64,000 nt of DNA from Thermoproteota archaeon (GTDB lineage: Archaea; Korarchaeota; Korarchaeia; Korarchaeales; Korarchaeaceae), in assembly GCA_027491915.1 (NCBI GenBank), contig JAOZGC010000002.1, positions 256,001 to 320,000 on the forward strand, in the 5' to 3' direction. Shown here piece after piece: positions 28,033-37,161 of this stretch; the first letter of the stretch is position 1; every line of letters begins with the position of its first letter. The translations under genes and the position numbers were made by a program. The notes beneath the pieces are model-generated. The model was given only the letters and a program-made list of their open reading frames with translations, was not told the origin of the DNA and made no database searches.

Positions 28033-29578
28033 CGTTCGGGACTCCAAGGATCTCGAGGATCCACCAAAGCCGCTTGGGCAGCGCCCCCCTCAGGATGCCC
28101 GAGTCCTCCTCTGTCAGCGCTCCCAGCAGCCTGCTGAGGGCCGCGTAGGTGAGAGATCCCGCCAGCGCGCCGATTATCAGAGAGGCGACTGGATCTAGGG
28201 CGGCCGACGCGCACGCGGCCGGGACCGCCGCGGCCGCGGAGAGCAGCACGGAGTGTGCCATGGTTCTCGCCCTCACCGGCACGTCGGTCCTGCCTCCGAG
28301 CGCGGCCAGGCCCAGGGCGAGGCCCAGGCCCAGGCTCACCCCCTGGGCCGCGGCCCCCCCCGCCAACCCCAGGGCCGGAACCATGACGGCCACCGCTGCC
28401 CCCTCGACCATCACCTGTATCGACTGTATTCCGAGAACCGCCCAGGTCATATCGAAAGCCATCAGTCCGGCGAACGTAGTCTCCACCAGGGGGAGCATCG
28501 AATAAGAGGCCGCGAACGTCGCCATAACGGGCGCGGCGGCGGAGTAATCTCGGGTGGTCACTATCCCTATGAGGGGTCCCGCCAGGGCCGCCAACATGGC
28601 GCAGACCGGTAGGTACAGTAGGAGGACGTACCTGAAGACCCTTCCAATCCCCCTGCCGACCGAGCGTCCCCCGGCCCCCTCCCTGACCCTCACCAGCCCC
28701 GGGAACGTAATGGAGCTGACCACGTTTGATAACCCCACGAGGAAGTGGGTCAGGGTCTCTGCCACCGAGTAGACTCCGAGGGCGCCCGGACCGGCCAGCC
28801 ACTGGACCAGGACCTTGTCTATCACGTTGGCCCTGGCGTAGTTGAGGAGAACCCTGCCGTGCAGGGGGATGGAGAAGGAGACCATCCTCAGGATCAACCC
28901 GCGATCCAGACCGGCCGGCCTGGCTCCCCTGAGGGAGGATGCCAGGCCGTAGGATCCCATCCCGGCGGCGGCGGCCGCCATGCCCAAGACCACCCCCGGC
29001 ACCCCCATGGGGAGGCCCGCCATCCTGGCCAGGGAGTTGATCGCCGGATACCCTCCCATGACCCTGGAGGCCCCCCCGTAGTCCCCGGAGCCCGAGAGGT
29101 AGCCGAACGAGTTGTAGACCCAGACGTTCCCGGCGGCGATCGCCGCCGCCGCCGCGGCCTCGAGCGGGCCGACGGGCGCGCCGACGAATCTCTCCCCCCC
29201 GAGCCAGATCGCGGCCGCGGCCGAGACCCCGGCCGCCGCAGAGAGCAGGAGGGTGACCGCCAGGTAGGATCCCAGAACCGGCCCCAGGTCTTCCCCCCTC
29301 TCCCTCGCCTCCGCGGCTAATTTGGCTATCCCGCTGTTGAGGCTGAGGGTGAAGATCTTCGCGAACAGGAAGGAGTACACCCCGAGCATGACTATGACGC
29401 CTATCTCCTCCTTGGTGAGCACCCTGGTGGCCGCCACGTAGTACAGCAGGCCGAGGACGTAGCCGAGAGAGGTCTGGGCCCCGGTCGATACTATCCCCCT
29501 GGCGGTCTCCACCCCGAGGCCCCCCGGCCCGGACCAGATTTCGGGACCGACCCGCCTGCCGCCGGATGGAACTCTCAA
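27980..29578 (-). CDS. Wzx/MATE-type oligosaccharide flippase
   Basis: About 12-14 TM; RVLTKEEIG, IDKVLV..LGVYSVA, FPGL; follows the phosphodiesterase gene with a 4-nt overlap. Confidence 0.85.
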   Translation of the reverse strand: MRVPSGGRRVGPEIWSGPGGLGVETARGIVSTGAQTSLGYVLGLLYYVAATRVLTKEEIGVIVMLGVYSFLFAKIFTLSLNSGIAKLAAEARERGEDLGPVLGSYLAVTLLLSAAAGVSAAAAIWLGGERFVGAPVGPLEAAAAAAIAAGNVWVYNSFGYLSGSGDYGGASRVMGGYPAINSLARMAGLPMGVPGVVLGMAAAAAGMGSYGLASSLRGARPAGLDRGLILRMVSFSIPLHGRVLLNYARANVIDKVLVQWLAGPGALGVYSVAETLTHFLVGLSNVVSSITFPGLVRVREGAGGRSVGRGIGRVFRYVLLLYLPVCAMLAALAGPLIGIVTTRDYSAAAPVMATFAASYSMLPLVETTFAGLMAFDMTWAVLGIQSIQVMVEGAAVAVMVPALGLAGGAAAQGVSLGLGLALGLAALGGRTDVPVRARTMAHSVLLSAAAAVPAACASAALDPVASLIIGALAGSLTYAALSRLLGALTEEDSGILRGALPKRLWWILEILGVPNVTGGRPRSPRRRPRLRG

Positions 29579-31188
29579 TCCGGGCCCCCCATCTCCCCTC
29601 CCGGTCTCTCATCACCCCTCCTTCTCTCCCTCAGCCTTCTCCTGAGGGATTCGATGGTCCCGCGCAGGGCGGAGGTGGTCGGCCCGAACCTGACCCTCCT
29701 GGGACCGCCGAGCGTGATCCCCCCTCCCTCGAAGCACCAGAGGTCCACGTCCCCGTCCATGTAGGATGGGACGGCCAGGTTCAGGGCGTGGAGCGCCGTC
29801 GGCATGACGTTCACGAGCCTCCTAACCCCCCCGACAACTCCCCTCCTGACTCCCGGTCCGGAACACAGGTATATCCCGACGAACTCGTGCTTTCCGGCGT
29901 ACACCCCGCCCGGCCGCTCGAACATCCTGTCCGGGTTCAGCATTATCCTGTTGGACATGCACGTCACGTCCCTCTCGAATCGCACCACGAGGTCCGGCGC
30001 CCTCTGCGCCTCCGGTCCCCGGTAGATCGATCTCCCGTCCAGGACCTCCTCAACCCCCTGGAGCCCGGAGAAGGCCTCCCTCAGGGCCTCCAGCCAGGCC
30101 TCCCTGTCGATCCCGTCCGCCAGGTAGATGGGGGCGAACTCGGTCATGTTGCTCCCGAAGGCGTACGCTATGGATCCCCCGAGATCCACGTCCCTGACCC
30201 CGAGTACCATGGACCTGGCCGCGATCTCCGAGATCCTCCTCCTGACCGAGAAGCGGCCCACCCTGTGGACCTCCGCCTCAACCCCGGCGAACCTCCTGCG
30301 GGCGTCCTCCAGGAGCCCTGTCACCGCGGCCCTGAAGACCGTGGCCGGCGACGTCCGCAGCCTCATGAACCCCTCCCTCCTCAGGAAGGAGTTCGGGTAG
30401 AACAGCCTCCTCCTGGCGGTGAACCCGTGGTCGCTGACCACCTGGACGAACCAATCCCGCCCGTACTCCTCGACGAACTCGCCGACGACCCTGTCGGCCG
30501 CCTCGTAAACCTTCATGACGAGATCCGGCCGGTGCCACAGCACGTGGGCCACGTGATCGGTCTCCTTGAACCAGGCGACCAGCAGGGTTATGTCGTCCAC
30601 CTTCCTGTCCAAGATGGCCTTGAGCCCCTCCCAGCAGCCCAACAGCTGCGCGGCCTCCTCCTCCGCGGTCTTCTCCTCATCCTCCACGAGGGCCAGGACC
30701 CTGCCGCTGGGGGTGTAGCCCCTGCCCCTGAGGGATTCGTAGGCCCACCTGGGCCAGGCCCAGACCACGTCGTCCGGAACCCCGAACCCGGAGACCGCGA
30801 ATCCCCCGCTGGGTCGCGGCAGGGGGTACATCAGGGGTATCCCGAAGAGCCCCACCGCCAGGCCGAGGCTCTCGAGGTAGTCGACGACTGTAGGCGCCCT
30901 CACGTCCCTGTATGTGTTCACCTTGATCTCCATGGTCTCTCTGTCAAGCGTGTAGAACCCGTAGAGCCCGTGCTTACCGCCCTGAGTGCCCGTGAGTAGG
31001 TCGGCCATGGCGGGGGCGGTCTCCGGCGGTATGGAGGAGTTCATCTCCCCCCTCACCCCACCCTCGGCCATCCTCGCCAGGTTGGGGAGCCTGCCGGATC
31101 TAATGCCCTCCCACAGCAGGTCCCTAGACGCCCCGTCGAGCACTATCACGGCGGCCTTCTCGGCGCGCCGGTCGCCTGGGTGAGCCAT
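29575..31188 (-). CDS. Alkaline-phosphatase-superfamily (type I phosphodiesterase/nucleotide pyrophosphatase) protein
   Basis: VIVLDGA, PPETAPA..TG..HG, TDHVAH, VSDHGF, APDL, GKH..G, PTALH. Confidence 0.88.
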   Translation of the reverse strand: MAHPGDRRAEKAAVIVLDGASRDLLWEGIRSGRLPNLARMAEGGVRGEMNSSIPPETAPAMADLLTGTQGGKHGLYGFYTLDRETMEIKVNTYRDVRAPTVVDYLESLGLAVGLFGIPLMYPLPRPSGGFAVSGFGVPDDVVWAWPRWAYESLRGRGYTPSGRVLALVEDEEKTAEEEAAQLLGCWEGLKAILDRKVDDITLLVAWFKETDHVAHVLWHRPDLVMKVYEAADRVVGEFVEEYGRDWFVQVVSDHGFTARRRLFYPNSFLRREGFMRLRTSPATVFRAAVTGLLEDARRRFAGVEAEVHRVGRFSVRRRISEIAARSMVLGVRDVDLGGSIAYAFGSNMTEFAPIYLADGIDREAWLEALREAFSGLQGVEEVLDGRSIYRGPEAQRAPDLVVRFERDVTCMSNRIMLNPDRMFERPGGVYAGKHEFVGIYLCSGPGVRRGVVGGVRRLVNVMPTALHALNLAVPSYMDGDVDLWCFEGGGITLGGPRRVRFGPTTSALRGTIESLRRRLRERRRGDERPGGEMGGPD

Positions 31189-31282
31189 ACGGTCCTTGGG
31201 CCCAGCCGCCCCCATTAAAACGGGTCGGTCTCCCCCGCGCGAATCCATTTTTTAAGACCCCCGAGCGGGGCGTGGGGTGCCC

Positions 31283-31504
31283 ATGGAAGAGCGGACGTTC
31301 GGGGCCGTCCTGATATCCCTGTCGCTGATACTACCGGTGGCCTACGCCTACCTTCTGTTCTTCAGCCCCTGGTACCTGGAGACCATAAAGCTGACCGTCG
31401 AGGCTGCCGTCTTGGCGCTCTCCCTCATAGCCCTCTGGATAGGGAGATCCATGATCCGGGTGGCCCCGGTGAGGGAGATCCGGGGGCGCGGGGAACAAAA
31501 ATAG
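31283..31504 (+). CDS. Small 2-TM conserved archaeal membrane protein
   Basis: Two TM helices, YAYLLFF..KLT..LWIG..P; upstream TTTTTAA TATA box. Confidence 0.7.
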   Translation: MEERTFGAVLISLSLILPVAYAYLLFFSPWYLETIKLTVEAAVLALSLIALWIGRSMIRVAPVREIRGRGEQK

Positions 31505-31524
31505 GGGTCGGGGGTTCCTCCAGA

Positions 31525-31743
31525 TCATAACCCCCTGACGACTCGGACCGCCATGTCCACGTCGTCGGCGGTCACGGTCTTCCTGCCGGCGTGCCTGGCG
31601 AACTCCACGGCCACGCTCGCGACCTCCGAGGCGAACCTCTCCAGATGGTACGCCATCGCCTCGGTCGCCCCGTCGCTGACCCTATCGGCCCCGGCCTCCC
31701 TTATTATCCTGGAGATGGGGGCCCTGGGGAGCACCCCTGCCAT
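31525..31743 (-). CDS. Archaeal histone (HMf family)
   Basis: LPRAPISRIIREAGADRVSDGA...ARHAGRKTVTADD. Confidence 0.96.
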   Translation of the reverse strand: MAGVLPRAPISRIIREAGADRVSDGATEAMAYHLERFASEVASVAVEFARHAGRKTVTADDVDMAVRVVRGL

Positions 31744-31893
31744 GAGTCCTCACCTGATTCGAGGGGTCGGGATATATCAAATAAAAATTGCTGTTCATTC
31801 GGATTTACCCCACCTTAATTGACCTATATATATCCTATTTGGGCATAAATGTCTCACCAATCGCTTTTTATACAAACATTTCGCTTTATCCGG
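31744..31893. promoter_or_regulatory. AT-rich divergent promoter region (histone / RDD gene)
   Basis: Several TATA-like boxes (GATATATC, ATAAAAAT, CTATATATAT, TTTTTATA) in an otherwise GC-rich window. Confidence 0.6.
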
Positions 31894-33456
31894 ATGCCGC
31901 CAGAGGGATCGGGGGAGACCCGGCGGGCCGCCGACCTGAGGGGCCTGATGGGGGGGAGGGCCAAGAGGCTGCTGGCGTACCTGCTGGACACGCTCCTGCT
32001 CTCCCCCCTGCTGATAGCCGCCGTCGTCCTCCTCCAGAGGAACGCCGTCTTGGGAATGATATCGATGAGCCTGGCCTACCTCGCCTACCTGGTCTACTTC
32101 TCATACATGGAGTGGAGGTACGGATCTACCATCGGAAAGAGGGCCCTCGGCCTGGTGGTCCTGAGGGCGGACGATCTGGGTCCCATATCCATGGAGCAGG
32201 CCGTCCTGAGGAACCTCTTCAGGCAGGCCGACGGGGCCCTCCTGGCCCTCCCCCTCCTGACCAGGGACGGGAGGAGGATCGGGGACGGGGCGGCCGGGAC
32301 CTTCGTGGCCGACGCCTCAAAGGCCGAGCTGAGGGTCCCAACCCTCAGGGCGTACGAGGGCATGGTCGGCACCCCTCCCTTCCACCGCTCGGAGGACAAG
32401 GCCGTGGTGAGGGCGCTCGCCGAGGAGCTCTCCGAGCACCCACCCGGGCTCGGCGACGAGGTCATCAGATCCCTGGCCGTGAGGCTGGCCCGGGGGGGAG
32501 ACCCAGAGTCCGTCGTCCGCAGGGCGGTGGACCTCTTCGGCTGGCCCAGGGTCGACGAGAGGGCGGCCCTCCTCACGTACGCCGCCCTCTCCGGGGCCAT
32601 AAGATTCAGGAGGGAGACCAGGTGGGAGAGGACTGAGAGGATCTACAGGAGGGCCGCCGAGCTGGCCTACGACCTGGACGCCAGGAGGTCCCTCTCGGCC
32701 AGGGCCTCACTGGTCGGCGGGATGAGGGCCTACCGGGGAGATCGGCGCCTGTCCCTGGGAGGGGCGGCGCGGTACCTGAGGGGGGCGCCCCGGGCCTTCA
32801 GGAGATTCTCAATCGACTTCGGGCTGGCGGCGCTTGTCCTCCTGATGTCCGCGGCCGCGGGAACCTCCGGATTGGGCGCCGGATTCGTAGACCTCCTGAG
32901 GGATATACTCGGACCCCTAGGGGAGGTCGAAGCCCCCCCTCCGGTCCTGGCCTTCCTGATCTACCTGAACAACCTGAGGGTGTCTCTGACGTCCCTGTCC
33001 ATGGGTCCGGCGGTCTACCCCATCCTCCTGCTGCTCGGGGTGAACGGGTTCGTGATCGGGGCGTTCGCCGCCCACTTCGCCGTCGGCGGGGCGTCGGCCG
33101 TGCCCTACCTGGCTCCTCACGGGTTCTTGGAGGTTTCATCCATCCTCCTAGCCTCCGCGGGGTCGATCAGGATGGCCAGACATGCCCTAATGCCGCCGAG
33201 GGGTTCGTCTCGATACGAGGCCCTCAGGCGCGACGCCCCGGACGCCCTCAGCCTGGCCGTCGCCGCCGCCGCGTGGCTCGCGCCTGCCGCCCTAGTAGAG
33301 GCCTTCGTCACAGAGGGGCTGGCCTCGTCCAACCCGACGGCGGCGGTGACCCTCGGGCTCATTCTAACAATTCCATTCTACGCCTGGCTCGCGTTGGGCG
33401 GGAGGTCGAAGTCCGATGAGACCGTGGGAGAGGGTGCTCAGGGATCCCAGGTCTGA
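31894..33456 (+). CDS. RDD domain + SpoIIM/DUF95 fusion membrane protein
   Basis: RLLAYLLD..GSTIGKRALGL..RN..RRIGD..AGT (RDD); IYLNNLRV..NG..PHGFLE..ALVEAFVT (SpoIIM). Confidence 0.85.
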   Translation: MPPEGSGETRRAADLRGLMGGRAKRLLAYLLDTLLLSPLLIAAVVLLQRNAVLGMISMSLAYLAYLVYFSYMEWRYGSTIGKRALGLVVLRADDLGPISMEQAVLRNLFRQADGALLALPLLTRDGRRIGDGAAGTFVADASKAELRVPTLRAYEGMVGTPPFHRSEDKAVVRALAEELSEHPPGLGDEVIRSLAVRLARGGDPESVVRRAVDLFGWPRVDERAALLTYAALSGAIRFRRETRWERTERIYRRAAELAYDLDARRSLSARASLVGGMRAYRGDRRLSLGGAARYLRGAPRAFRRFSIDFGLAALVLLMSAAAGTSGLGAGFVDLLRDILGPLGEVEAPPPVLAFLIYLNNLRVSLTSLSMGPAVYPILLLLGVNGFVIGAFAAHFAVGGASAVPYLAPHGFLEVSSILLASAGSIRMARHALMPPRGSSRYEALRRDAPDALSLAVAAAAWLAPAALVEAFVTEGLASSNPTAAVTLGLILTIPFYAWLALGGRSKSDETVGEGAQGSQV

Positions 33457-34261
33457 GCTCTCTCCGGACGACGTGAGCTCCATACTGGATGAGGCGAGGG
33501 GCGTCCTGTCCGGGGATCCCGCGCACCTGGAGCTCGAATCTGAGATCCTCGTCGTGGGGGACACCCACGGGGACCTGGCGTCGTCCCTCTCGGCCGCGAG
33601 GGTGGCCGAGGAGAGGGGTCTTCCCCTGCTCTTCCTGGGAGACTACATCGACAGGGGTCCGGAGCAGCTCGAGAACCTCGTGTACGTACTGTCCCTCAAG
33701 TTGAGCCGCCCGGACGGGGTGTTCCTGCTCAGGGGGAACCACGAGGCAGCCGAGCCCAACGCCTGGTACGGGTTCCTTTCCGTCGTCGAGGCCCGTCTCG
33801 GGGTGGAGGCCTACCGGGACTTCCTGGGCCTGTACTCCGAGCTGCCCCTGACGGCTGTGCTGGGAGGGGAGATCCTGGCCGTCCATGGGGGGATACCCGC
33901 CGGAGTCGAGAGCTACAACCGAGTACGAAAGCTGGATAAATTCGGTCCCGATCCTGAGGATCCCATGGAAATCCAGCTGCTGTGGAACGATCCCTCGGAG
34001 TCGGTCGATTGGTTCGCCCCCAGCCCGAGGGGACCGGGGATCTTCCTGTTCGGTCGGGCGGCGGCGGAAGAGTTCCTGTCGTCGTCCGGGCTCAAGATGT
34101 TGATCAGGGGGCACGAGTTCGTTGATTCCGGGATGAGGCTCTCCCTGGGCGGGTTGGTCGCGACCGTTTTCAGCTGCAGGTACTACGGGGGCGAGCCGGC
34201 CGCCGCCGAGATGTCCGAGGGCGGCCGGATCAGGGTCATCCCCCTGAACCTGCCTCAGTAG
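33416..34261 (+). CDS. PPP-family Ser/Thr protein phosphatase
   Basis: GDTHG, GDYIDRG, LRGNHE, VHGG, LWNDP, RGHE, TVFS. Confidence 0.95.
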   Translation: MRPWERVLRDPRSELSPDDVSSILDEARGVLSGDPAHLELESEILVVGDTHGDLASSLSAARVAEERGLPLLFLGDYIDRGPEQLENLVYVLSLKLSRPDGVFLLRGNHEAAEPNAWYGFLSVVEARLGVEAYRDFLGLYSELPLTAVLGGEILAVHGGIPAGVESYNRVRKLDKFGPDPEDPMEIQLLWNDPSESVDWFAPSPRGPGIFLFGRAAAEEFLSSSGLKMLIRGHEFVDSGMRLSLGGLVATVFSCRYYGGEPAAAEMSEGGRIRVIPLNLPQ

Positions 34262-34941
34262 TAGTAGAAGTCATACAGCCACTCCACCCTCCGGCGCCTC
34301 CTGGCCCTCCACCTGTACCTCCTGGATATCACCGCCCCGGCGACGAACCCCCCGACGTGGGCCCAGTACGCCACCCCCCCGGCCCCGCCGGATATCAGGC
34401 CCACTATGACCTGCCAGACGAACCAGAATCCTATGTAGTAGAGGGCCGACACCTTGACCACCTGCCAGATGTATCCCATCAGCACGACGGTCTCTATTCT
34501 CGCCTCCGGGTAGAATATCATGTAGGCCGCCAGCACGCCGCTTATCGCCCCGGAGGCCCCTATGGCGGGCACGGTCGATCCCCAGGAGAACGCCAGGTGG
34601 GTTAGGGATGCCCCGATCCCGGACACCAGGTAGAACGTCAGGTATCTGAGCCTTCCGAGGGCGGCCTCCACGTTGTCCCCGAATATGTACAGGTAGAGCA
34701 TGTTTCCCATTATGTGGGCCCACCCTCCGTGCAGGAACATGGAGGTGAACATCCTCAGGAGTCCGTCCGCCGGGTCGCTCACGAGGATCGCCGGGATGAA
34801 ACCGTAGTTGAGGACTATCCTCTCGAACCTCCCCGGGCTGCCGGCTATCTGCCAGAAGAACACCAGGAAGTTGATTCCTATGAGGGAATAGGTGACGACC
34901 GGAGTGATGCCGCTCGGGTTCTCGTCTCTTATCGGGAGCAC
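34255..34941 (-). CDS. Rhomboid intramembrane serine protease
   Basis: SMFLHGGWAHIMGNM, GASGAISG, AYWAHVGGF. Confidence 0.95.
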   Translation of the reverse strand: MLPIRDENPSGITPVVTYSLIGINFLVFFWQIAGSPGRFERIVLNYGFIPAILVSDPADGLLRMFTSMFLHGGWAHIMGNMLYLYIFGDNVEAALGRLRYLTFYLVSGIGASLTHLAFSWGSTVPAIGASGAISGVLAAYMIFYPEARIETVVLMGYIWQVVKVSALYYIGFWFVWQVIVGLISGGAGGVAYWAHVGGFVAGAVISRRYRWRARRRRRVEWLYDFYYY

Positions 34942-34945
34942 GCCG

Positions 34946-35446
34946 TCACCTCCCCCCTCTCCCCGTCAGGATCCTCCCCTCGGGGTCTATCTCCCCCATC
35001 CTTATCCTGGAGGAGGATATGGGCCTCCCGTCGTCGGCCAAGATCGTGGGGATGACCACTATCGGCAGCTGGGCCCTCCCGCTCTTCGCCCTCTCCTCGT
35101 TGACCAGCAGTGCCCCTGGGTACGTCTCCTCGGAGGCCACTATGGCCTCGGCCCGATCGTCCTCCGAGGCAGGACCTACCGGGTCGGTTATCCTCGCGAT
35201 CTCGAATCTCACCCCGAGCCCACTCAGGTAATCCCCCAGGATCTTCCTCCTCTCCTCGAAGGACGCGATCTTCTCCCTCCCCCTCTTACCCGCCAGCAGC
35301 GGACCGTCCGCCAGGCCGACGAATATCTCCTCTGATATGGCGGCGGCGGTCTTCAGCAGGATCTTGTGACCCTTGTGGAGCCTGTCGAAGGTCCCCCCAA
35401 CGATCACCCTCCTAAAAGGCTTAGAACAAGTTTTTTCAGTTCCCAC
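34946..35446 (-). CDS. coaD: Phosphopantetheine adenylyltransferase (archaeal/eukaryotic type)
   Basis: GGTFDRLHKGH, VASEET, N..R, ISSSRIR; start could be GTG 35407. Confidence 0.92.
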   Translation of the reverse strand: MGTEKTCSKPFRRVIVGGTFDRLHKGHKILLKTAAAISEEIFVGLADGPLLAGKRGREKIASFEERRKILGDYLSGLGVRFEIARITDPVGPASEDDRAEAIVASEETYPGALLVNEERAKSGRAQLPIVVIPTILADDGRPISSSRIRMGEIDPEGRILTGRGGR

Positions 35447-36072
35447 GCGTTAGACACCTCCCCGTCTGGGGCAGACCTCGACTTCCTCGGGGCGTTCCTG
35501 CCGGAGAGAAACCTGATAGCCTTAATTCCGACCTCCTTTGCCCCATCCACTCCCTCCGGCCTCGCCGACACATATATAACCCTGTCCGCGGGGACCCCGA
35601 GCTCGTCCACGATCCGGGCCAACCTCTCCGAATCCCCCCCGCCGAACCAGGCCATCTCAAATAGGTGATGGAGGCCCAGCCTGATTATCTTCTCCCAGTC
35701 CTTTATTGGGAGACCCGGGGTGGAGACCGCGGTCCCAACCCCCCTCTCCCTGAGCGATAGGAGTAGATCGAATATTCCCGGTTTTGGCCTCAGGAAGGCC
35801 CTCTTCGTATCGTGGTAGGCCACCACGCCGGCTGCTATCACCCTAGGATCCTCCCTGAGTCCGAGCCTGCTCAGGGTCACGTCCAGGTGCCTGGGATAAT
35901 CCTCTCCAAATTCCGAGACCACCTCGGTGAGCTTCCCCATCACCGTGTCAAAGTCCAGGGGCAGGCCAGCCTCTATCATGGCTAGGACAGCGTTCTCCCT
36001 GGCCGTCTCCTTGAGAGAGGTCGCGTCGTACAGGACGTCGTCCACGTCAAATATCGTCCACCAGCTCCTCAT
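35404..36072 (-). CDS. HAD-superfamily hydrolase-like protein (MJ1437-like) with degenerate motifs III/IV
   Basis: FDVDDVLYD, AMIEAGL, AAGVVAYH, WEKIIRLGL. Confidence 0.82.
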   Translation of the reverse strand: MRSWWTIFDVDDVLYDATSLKETARENAVLAMIEAGLPLDFDTVMGKLTEVVSEFGEDYPRHLDVTLSRLGLREDPRVIAAGVVAYHDTKRAFLRPKPGIFDLLLSLRERGVGTAVSTPGLPIKDWEKIIRLGLHHLFEMAWFGGGDSERLARIVDELGVPADRVIYVSARPEGVDGAKEVGIKAIRFLSGRNAPRKSRSAPDGEVSNAWELKKLVLSLLGG

Positions 36073-37084
36073 CCACCATCACCCTCAACCCCAGCGACGA
36101 GTCCGGATCGACTCCCCTCTCCAGCGCCAGGCGGATGGCGAGCTCCGCCAGGGGGATGTAGTGGACCACCCCGGCGATGAGGTCGTCCCCAACCCTGGGC
36201 GTCGGGATGTCTCCCCCGGGACCCACCCTGACCACCGGGGATCCGTACCTGTCGGCCGCCGACTGAACCTCCCCACCCACCTCTCCCACCAGTATCAAGG
36301 GGGTCTCGGGTCCGAGGAGCCTGTACGGGCCCGTCATGAACTCCCTCATCGAGTATCCCCTGAAGAAAACCCTCCCTGCCTGGGAGATGAGGTGGGACCC
36401 CTCCAGCGCGGCGGGGACGGTGGCCCCCCCTCCCACGACAAATCCCACGTGGTATGGCCTGAGCTCCCCGGCCCAATCCGCTGACGCGACCTCCGCCATG
36501 GAGACAGCCTCGTCCGCCGTCCGTGGAAACCTGGAGATCTCCCTCTCCAGACTCGGTATCGGGGGTTCTTCCCTGACCTCCCTCACCTTGTACGCGAGCA
36601 AGATGCCCACCAGAGACTCGGCCGGGAAATTGGAGGGGAAGCCGCCCCCGGGCGCGGCCGTGAGGAGCGCGGCGTCGGAGGACCTGTGCAGGGTGCTTCC
36701 CGGCGAGTCTATCACCGATATCACCGGAGACGAGGGCAGGCGCCTCCTGAACTCCATCACCGCGTCCATCTCATCCTCCCCGGTGGTGGAGAACACCACC
36801 AGCGCCGACGGCCTGGGCCTCTCCGGGAGCCAACCCGGGAGCTCCTCTATGGGGGAGGCCACCACCTCCCCCCCGGACAGCCTCACCATGCCCATCCTGA
36901 ACAGCAGGGAGGATCTGTACCCCGTCCCCATGCCGGCCGAGTAGACGAACCTCCCCACCAATCTCTCTGCGGCGTACCGGGCGGGCTCCTCCGCACCGCC
37001 GAGCGTCCTCTCGAGCGTCGACGGGAGGCGCCTCAGGTCCCTGACCGCCAGCTCGCCGGGCAACGAAAGATCCAGGCAGCCCAC
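36047..37084 (-). CDS. Double SIS-domain sugar-phosphate isomerase/deaminase-like protein (GlmS C-terminal-like)
   Basis: AGMGTG, STTGE, PGSTL, ALEG, EFMTGP, LA.ERGVDPD. Confidence 0.72.
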   Translation of the reverse strand: MGCLDLSLPGELAVRDLRRLPSTLERTLGGAEEPARYAAERLVGRFVYSAGMGTGYRSSLLFRMGMVRLSGGEVVASPIEELPGWLPERPRPSALVVFSTTGEDEMDAVMEFRRRLPSSPVISVIDSPGSTLHRSSDAALLTAAPGGGFPSNFPAESLVGILLAYKVREVREEPPIPSLEREISRFPRTADEAVSMAEVASADWAGELRPYHVGFVVGGGATVPAALEGSHLISQAGRVFFRGYSMREFMTGPYRLLGPETPLILVGEVGGEVQSAADRYGSPVVRVGPGGDIPTPRVGDDLIAGVVHYIPLAELAIRLALERGVDPDSSLGLRVMVDEELVDDI

Positions 37085-37161
37085 CCGCCCACCTAATTAA
37101 TGTGCCGGAGCGACACCGATTATAACGACCCGCCGCCCGCCCCTCCCAGGAGGTTCGCCGC

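Noticed and set aside
29566-30999. 477-aa plus-strand ORF (and the 538-aa ORF 27999-29615)
   Set aside because: Antisense or alternate-frame shadows of the phosphodiesterase and flippase genes, with Pro/Arg/Gly-rich composition.
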